NCBI GenBank assembly: GCA_963748625.1
Contig: CAVVJT010000004.1
Span: forward strand, 320,001-384,000
DNA: 64,000 nucleotides
Direction: 5' to 3'
Source of the DNA: an uncultured Chloroflexia bacterium
Lineage (GTDB): Bacteria; Chloroflexota; Limnocylindria; Limnocylindrales; CSP1-4
Shown here: positions 59,960 to 64,000 of the stretch, one piece after another
Layout of the letters: each line of letters starts with the position of its first letter
How positions within the stretch are numbered: the stretch's first letter is position 1
The notes under the pieces: model-generated
Seen by the model: the letters and a program-made list of their open reading frames with translations, nothing else
What the model was told of the DNA's origin: nothing
Database searches by the model: none
Translations under genes and position numbers: made by a program

Positions 59960-61045
59960 CTAGGGCCGCGCCTCCGGCCGAAGCTCCAGGCCGAGACCCG
60001 GCCGGTCGGGCAGCTGCCAGACCTTGTCGTCGCTGATCTCGAGTCCGCTCACCGGATCGTCGGCGAGCAGCAGGCAGCCATCGAGATCCACCCACTCCGC
60101 CAGCGGCGAGACCGCCGCCGAGGCTGCGATCACGATCGACGTCTCCTCCATGCAGCCCAGGAACGTCCGGAAGCCCATGGCCCTCGCACGCTCGAGCATC
60201 CGTCGTGCCGGACCCACCCCGCCCACCTTCGCAAGCTTGACGTTCACGCCCTGCACGACACCGACCAGGGCATCGAGGTCGTCCGCCGTCACGGAGCTCT
60301 CGTCGGCCACGATCGGCAGCGGCGAGCGTGCCTGGAGCCACGCCAGCTGGTCCAGGCGGCGGGCCGGGAACGGCTGCTCGATCAGGACGACGCCCAACCG
60401 CACGAGATCGTCCAGCATCGAGGCGGCGCCCTCGGGGGTCCAGCCGGTGTTCGCGTCAACCCGGATCGGCCCGCCGTAGACCGCCCGCACGGCCTTGAGC
60501 GTCTCGATGTCGCTGGGGCCACCCATCTTGATCTTGAGGGCCGGGAACCCAGCCGCGCGACGGGCCCGCTCGGCCACAATCTCGGGCGTGTCGAGACCCA
60601 GGGTGAAATCGGTCGGCGGCAGGTCACCGGGCACATCGAGCAGGTCGCGGATCGGCAGGCCCAGGCGTTTGCCGGCCAGGTCATGGAGCGCGATGTCGAT
60701 CGCGCACTTGATCGCCCCGTGATGGCCGATCGCATCGTCCATGCGGCGCGATGCCTCGACGAGCGCTGCCCGCACCTCCTCGAGGCCACCGCGAAGCCCG
60801 GCCTCGACCGGGGCCAGCGCCTCGAGCAGGAGGGGGGTGACCGCGGCCATGGTCTCGGGCGTGTCGCCGTAGTAGGAGTCCGGGTACCCCTCGCCCAGAC
60901 CCACCGGGCCTGCGGGGTCCTCGCTGTCGCGGAGCTCGGCCACCACGGTCGTCTCGACCAGGCCTTCGCCATGGCTGGACCGCGCGATGACGAAGGGGTC
61001 CCTAAGCGGGAGTGTCAGCGTCCGTGCGCGCAACGTGAGCGTCAT
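59960..61045 (-). CDS. Enolase-superfamily dipeptide epimerase / N-acyl-amino-acid racemase (AEE/DgcA-like)
   Basis: LKIKMG, RVDANTGW, IEQP, ADES, NVKLAKVGG, GCMEE, DLDG. Confidence 0.88.
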   Translation of the reverse strand: MTLTLRARTLTLPLRDPFVIARSSHGEGLVETTVVAELRDSEDPAGPVGLGEGYPDSYYGDTPETMAAVTPLLLEALAPVEAGLRGGLEEVRAALVEASRRMDDAIGHHGAIKCAIDIALHDLAGKRLGLPIRDLLDVPGDLPPTDFTLGLDTPEIVAERARRAAGFPALKIKMGGPSDIETLKAVRAVYGGPIRVDANTGWTPEGAASMLDDLVRLGVVLIEQPFPARRLDQLAWLQARSPLPIVADESSVTADDLDALVGVVQGVNVKLAKVGGVGPARRMLERARAMGFRTFLGCMEETSIVIAASAAVSPLAEWVDLDGCLLLADDPVSGLEISDDKVWQLPDRPGLGLELRPEARP

Positions 61046-62163
61046 GCCCCGGCCTCCGCGACCGGCGCGGGCTGGACCCAGGGGAGAGCCTCGACGGCGG
61101 TCTCGATCTCGCGCCAGAGGCCATCGCCACCGAAACGCACTGGGTCGGCCACGGGCAGACCGGTTTCCGCGGCCGTGACGCTGATGAGGCGCCGGGCCTC
61201 CTCCTCGTCCGTGTAGTCACTCGTGTTCAAGGCGATCGCGACGACCCTGGACGGGCGGACCAAGGATGCGACGGCCTCGTGGATGCTGATGAACTCGGGC
61301 AGCGGCTGGAGCGGGAACTGCACGGCGGGTCCGTGGTCGAAGTCGTGGGCCGTCAGGGCCGGCCTGTGCACAAGGACCATCGCGTGAGGCGTGCAGCCGT
61401 GGATCAGGCCCAGGGTGACGCAGCTGTACGCGGGATGGTCCAGGCTCCCCTGCCCCTCCACCAGCAGCCAGTCGGCCCGCCGTTCCCCCTCCTCCATCAG
61501 CCATTCACACGTGCCTTGGACGAAGTCGCTGATGACCCGGTCAACGGCCACGCCCCACCCCTCGATCATCATCCCCGTCTGCCCGGTTGGCACGAAGACC
61601 ACGGACCTGCCTGCGGCCAGGGCGGCACGCCGGAGCTCCAGGGCGACCGACATCTTGCCGATGGCACAGTCTGTGCCGACCGTGAGGATCACCCGCTTGC
61701 CCGGCAGGTGCTTGCGGCCCACGGCCGTCTCCATCCGCTCCGGCGGCCTCCGGTAGTCCACGAGACGCACACCCGACGAGCGGGCCGTGTCGGCGAACTC
61801 CGGGTCATCGCCGAGGAAGGTGTGCAGGCCCGAGTGGATGTCGAGGCCGGACCGGATCGCGGCCAGGATCATCGTCCGCCACTCGGCCGGGAGCTTGCCG
61901 CCGGTTGGGGCGATGCCGATCAGGAGGGCGTTGGCACGGGGGATGAAGCCCAGCGCGTCGTTGAGGGATGCGACGATCGGGATGTCGAAGCGCCCGGAGT
62001 CCCCCAGCCACTCGCGGACGTTGCGGCCTGCCTGCGTGGAGTCGATGACGGCGACGACCTTGTCGGTGCCGAACCTGATCACCCCCATCGCGGTCTTGCC
62101 GTGGTGGAAGCCGAAGTTGCCTTCGGCGAGGATCACGAGGCGCCGTTCGGGTGCTGCGGGCAT
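61042..62163 (-). CDS. DUF1611 family protein (DgcN-like)
   Basis: GKTAMG, IAPTGG, SGLH, GTDCAIGKM, TGQTG, VEGQGSL.HPAY; ATGA overlap with the epimerase gene. Start could be 62175. Confidence 0.88.
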   Translation of the reverse strand: MPAAPERRLVILAEGNFGFHHGKTAMGVIRFGTDKVVAVIDSTQAGRNVREWLGDSGRFDIPIVASLNDALGFIPRANALLIGIAPTGGKLPAEWRTMILAAIRSGLDIHSGLHTFLGDDPEFADTARSSGVRLVDYRRPPERMETAVGRKHLPGKRVILTVGTDCAIGKMSVALELRRAALAAGRSVVFVPTGQTGMMIEGWGVAVDRVISDFVQGTCEWLMEEGERRADWLLVEGQGSLDHPAYSCVTLGLIHGCTPHAMVLVHRPALTAHDFDHGPAVQFPLQPLPEFISIHEAVASLVRPSRVVAIALNTSDYTDEEEARRLISVTAAETGLPVADPVRFGGDGLWREIETAVEALPWVQPAPVAEAGA

Positions 62164-62284
62164 CAGGCCGTCCATCGCTACGGGGAGAGTGCGGCCGAGT
62201 CTATCGGCTGCGACACGGACCGCGCCGCTCCGTCGCGGACATACGAAGACGCCCCCGGCGGGCCGGAGGCGCTGGAAGGATCAT

Positions 62285-62361
62285 TGGTACCGCATACCGG
62301 ATTCGAACCGGTGGTCTCCGCCTTGAGAGGGCGGTGTCCTGGGCCTCTAGACGAATGCGGC
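62285..62361 (-). tRNA. tRNA-Glu (CTC)
   Basis: GCCGCATTCGTCTAGAGGCCCAGGACACCGCCCTCTCAAGGCGGAGACCACCGGTTCGAATCCGGTATGCGGTACCA. Confidence 0.96.
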
Positions 62362-62759
62362 GAGGCGTTGTCGCACAGGGGCGACGGCCGCGAAGGATAG
62401 CAGGACCCCAGCGCTTCCCGCAACCGCCTACCCTGCGACCGCATGTCCCTGCGACCGGTTGCCGGGTCGGTCGCCTTCCTGCCGCCCATCGGGCCTTGCG
62501 AGCGGAAGTCCGCGCGTTTGTGCCGCATGGCGGGAGGCTCGGCCTGAAAACCGGCGAACGGGGCCTGTTCCGCCTGCTCGGCGGTTGGGCTGCGCAGAAT
62601 CCTGCACGCAGTGCCCGCTGGGCGGGAGGCGGCCGCGCGGGAGGCGCCCCCCCGGGCCCCCCCGGGCCACGCGCTGGGCCACGCGCCGGGCCACACGAGG
62701 CGGTCGCGCCGGGCCTGGGACCCGGAACAGGCCCTGTGACCTGCTGCCGGGCCGGAGAC

Positions 62760-63632
62760 CTACAGGCGATGCGACTCGAGGAACGAGCGCAGCGTCTCGG
62801 CCACCTGGAGGTAGCTCTGCTCCCCCAGCACGAGCCCGTAGTGCGAATGCGCGCCGAACGGCTCGTAGGGCGCGTCGAGCCACTCGGCCAGGCGCTCCAC
62901 GCCGGGCTCGGGCACGGTTGCGTCAAGGCCACCCCCGATCACCAGCCGGGGCACGTCAGGGATCGCCGACCGGTCCACCGACACGCCCGAGAGCACCTGG
63001 CGGCGGGCGCGGCCGCTCTCGAACGGCTTCTGGCCGAGCAGGTGCTGGACGCGGATGACATCGTTGAGGGTGAGGTCGCGGTGCTCGCGGAGGAGCATCT
63101 CGGGCAGGGTCTCCCAGCCCAGCTCCGCACGCCCGTAGACGTCAGGGATGTCACGCACCACGTGCGGTCGGGCGGGGTCGCGCAGCTCCTTGGGCGCCTC
63201 GGGAGCGACGAGCACGTAGGCGGAGCACGGTGCCCGCTCGACCGCTTTGAGCACGAGGAGCCCGCCCATCCCATGGCCGACGGCCACCACCGTGGGCCCC
63301 AGGCGCGCCATGGCCGCCACCACGTCCTCGGTGTAGGACTCGATGTCCAGCGTGGTTGGGTCGGCGGTCTGCGACCAGTAGTGGTTGCGCAGGTTGAGGG
63401 CGTGGCCCTCCCAGCCGCGGCCGGCGACGTAGTGCAGGAAGCGCTCCCACACCCAGGACCCGCCGAGCTCGCCGTGCACGAACAGGATCGGCTTGCGGCG
63501 CGATCTGCGTTCTGGCAGCCAGGATTCAACGTACAGCCCGCGGTCTGCGAGCTCGATCTCGTCCTTGCGCACTGGGCGGCCTCCGGAAGGCGTGCGGCCG
63601 ACGAGGCGGTCAGGGGGGTTCAGGTCGCTCAC
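62760..63632 (-). CDS. Alpha/beta-hydrolase-fold protein with Gly at the nucleophile position
   Basis: ILFVHG, NLRNH, GHGMGG, GGLDATVP, SHY. Confidence 0.82.
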   Translation of the reverse strand: MSDLNPPDRLVGRTPSGGRPVRKDEIELADRGLYVESWLPERRSRRKPILFVHGELGGSWVWERFLHYVAGRGWEGHALNLRNHYWSQTADPTTLDIESYTEDVVAAMARLGPTVVAVGHGMGGLLVLKAVERAPCSAYVLVAPEAPKELRDPARPHVVRDIPDVYGRAELGWETLPEMLLREHRDLTLNDVIRVQHLLGQKPFESGRARRQVLSGVSVDRSAIPDVPRLVIGGGLDATVPEPGVERLAEWLDAPYEPFGAHSHYGLVLGEQSYLQVAETLRSFLESHRL

Positions 63633-63640
63633 GGGACGGC

Positions 63641-64000
63641 CTACCACTCGAGCGGGTTGAAGAGGAGACCCGTGAGGGCTTTGGGGTAGAAGTACGTGGA
63701 CTTCTGCGGCATCACCTCACCGTCGCGTGCAACCTGCAGGATCGAGGCCACCGGCGTGGGCTCCAGCAGGAACGCGGCGTCAGCGCCCTCCGTGCCGGCG
63801 TCCACCAGGGCGACCGCCTCGGCCGCGGACTTCGTGTACGTGATGCGACCACCGCCCGCAACGGCCGTTGCATCGATCCCGGCCAGCACCTCGAGCGCCG
63901 TGCCCAACAAGGAGACGTCAAGGGCGCGCACGGCCGCTCCGTCAGGTCCGGCGAGGGTGCCGAAGGCGTCGCGCCGGGCCTCGAGCAGCCATGCCCCAGT
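63641..64000 (-). CDS. DUF1015 family protein, C-terminal part (truncated by window edge)
   Basis: AFLLEPT...GEVMPQKSTYFYPK.LTGL. Confidence 0.85.
   Translation of the reverse strand, partial: TGAWLLEARRDAFGTLAGPDGAAVRALDVSLLGTALEVLAGIDATAVAGGGRITYTKSAAEAVALVDAGTEGADAAFLLEPTPVASILQVARDGEVMPQKSTYFYPKALTGLLFNPLEW

Noticed and set aside
62645-62697. Short GGGCCACGCGC and C7-GGG repeats upstream of tRNA-Glu
   Set aside because: Low-complexity GC slippage of 2-3 copies with no further structure.

Overview
A very GC-rich (about 72% by eye) bacterial chromosome segment. The gene content and protein style suggest Chloroflexota, possibly Limnocylindria/Ellin6529-like; this is an inference. It holds about 60 CDS and three tRNAs (Lys-CTT, Arg-TCT, Glu-CTC), and no rRNA, CRISPR array or intact mobile element. 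Main blocks: (1) an intact but highly atypical group-1-derived [NiFe]-hydrogenase-like operon (small, large, cytochrome b, protease, 7-heme cytochrome c, PRTase) in which several canonical catalytic and cluster-ligand residues are substituted; (2) kdpD/kdpE with a KimA-type K+ transporter and candidate 11-bp-spaced regulator boxes, next to an integrase remnant at tRNA-Lys; (3) B12-dependent acyl-CoA mutase genes with isobutyryl-CoA mutase signatures, plus meaB, hbd and a thiolase; (4) secreted or surface proteins, two of which share a PR(V/I)TxPPTD-TM-basic tail that looks like a sorting signal; (5) a canonical hoxEFUYH-hoxW-hypA bidirectional hydrogenase; (6) an orphan DNA methyltransferase, TPM-PspA and DUF1611-epimerase. 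The best novelty candidates are the divergent hydrogenase-like/multiheme complex, a promoter- and terminator-bounded ~235-nt ncRNA candidate at 32.4-32.65 kb, the PPTD sorting motif and a DnaA-box-like array at 59.8 kb. Five single-base frameshifts in three genes probably reflect assembly errors. All family calls come from motif recognition, without database searches.
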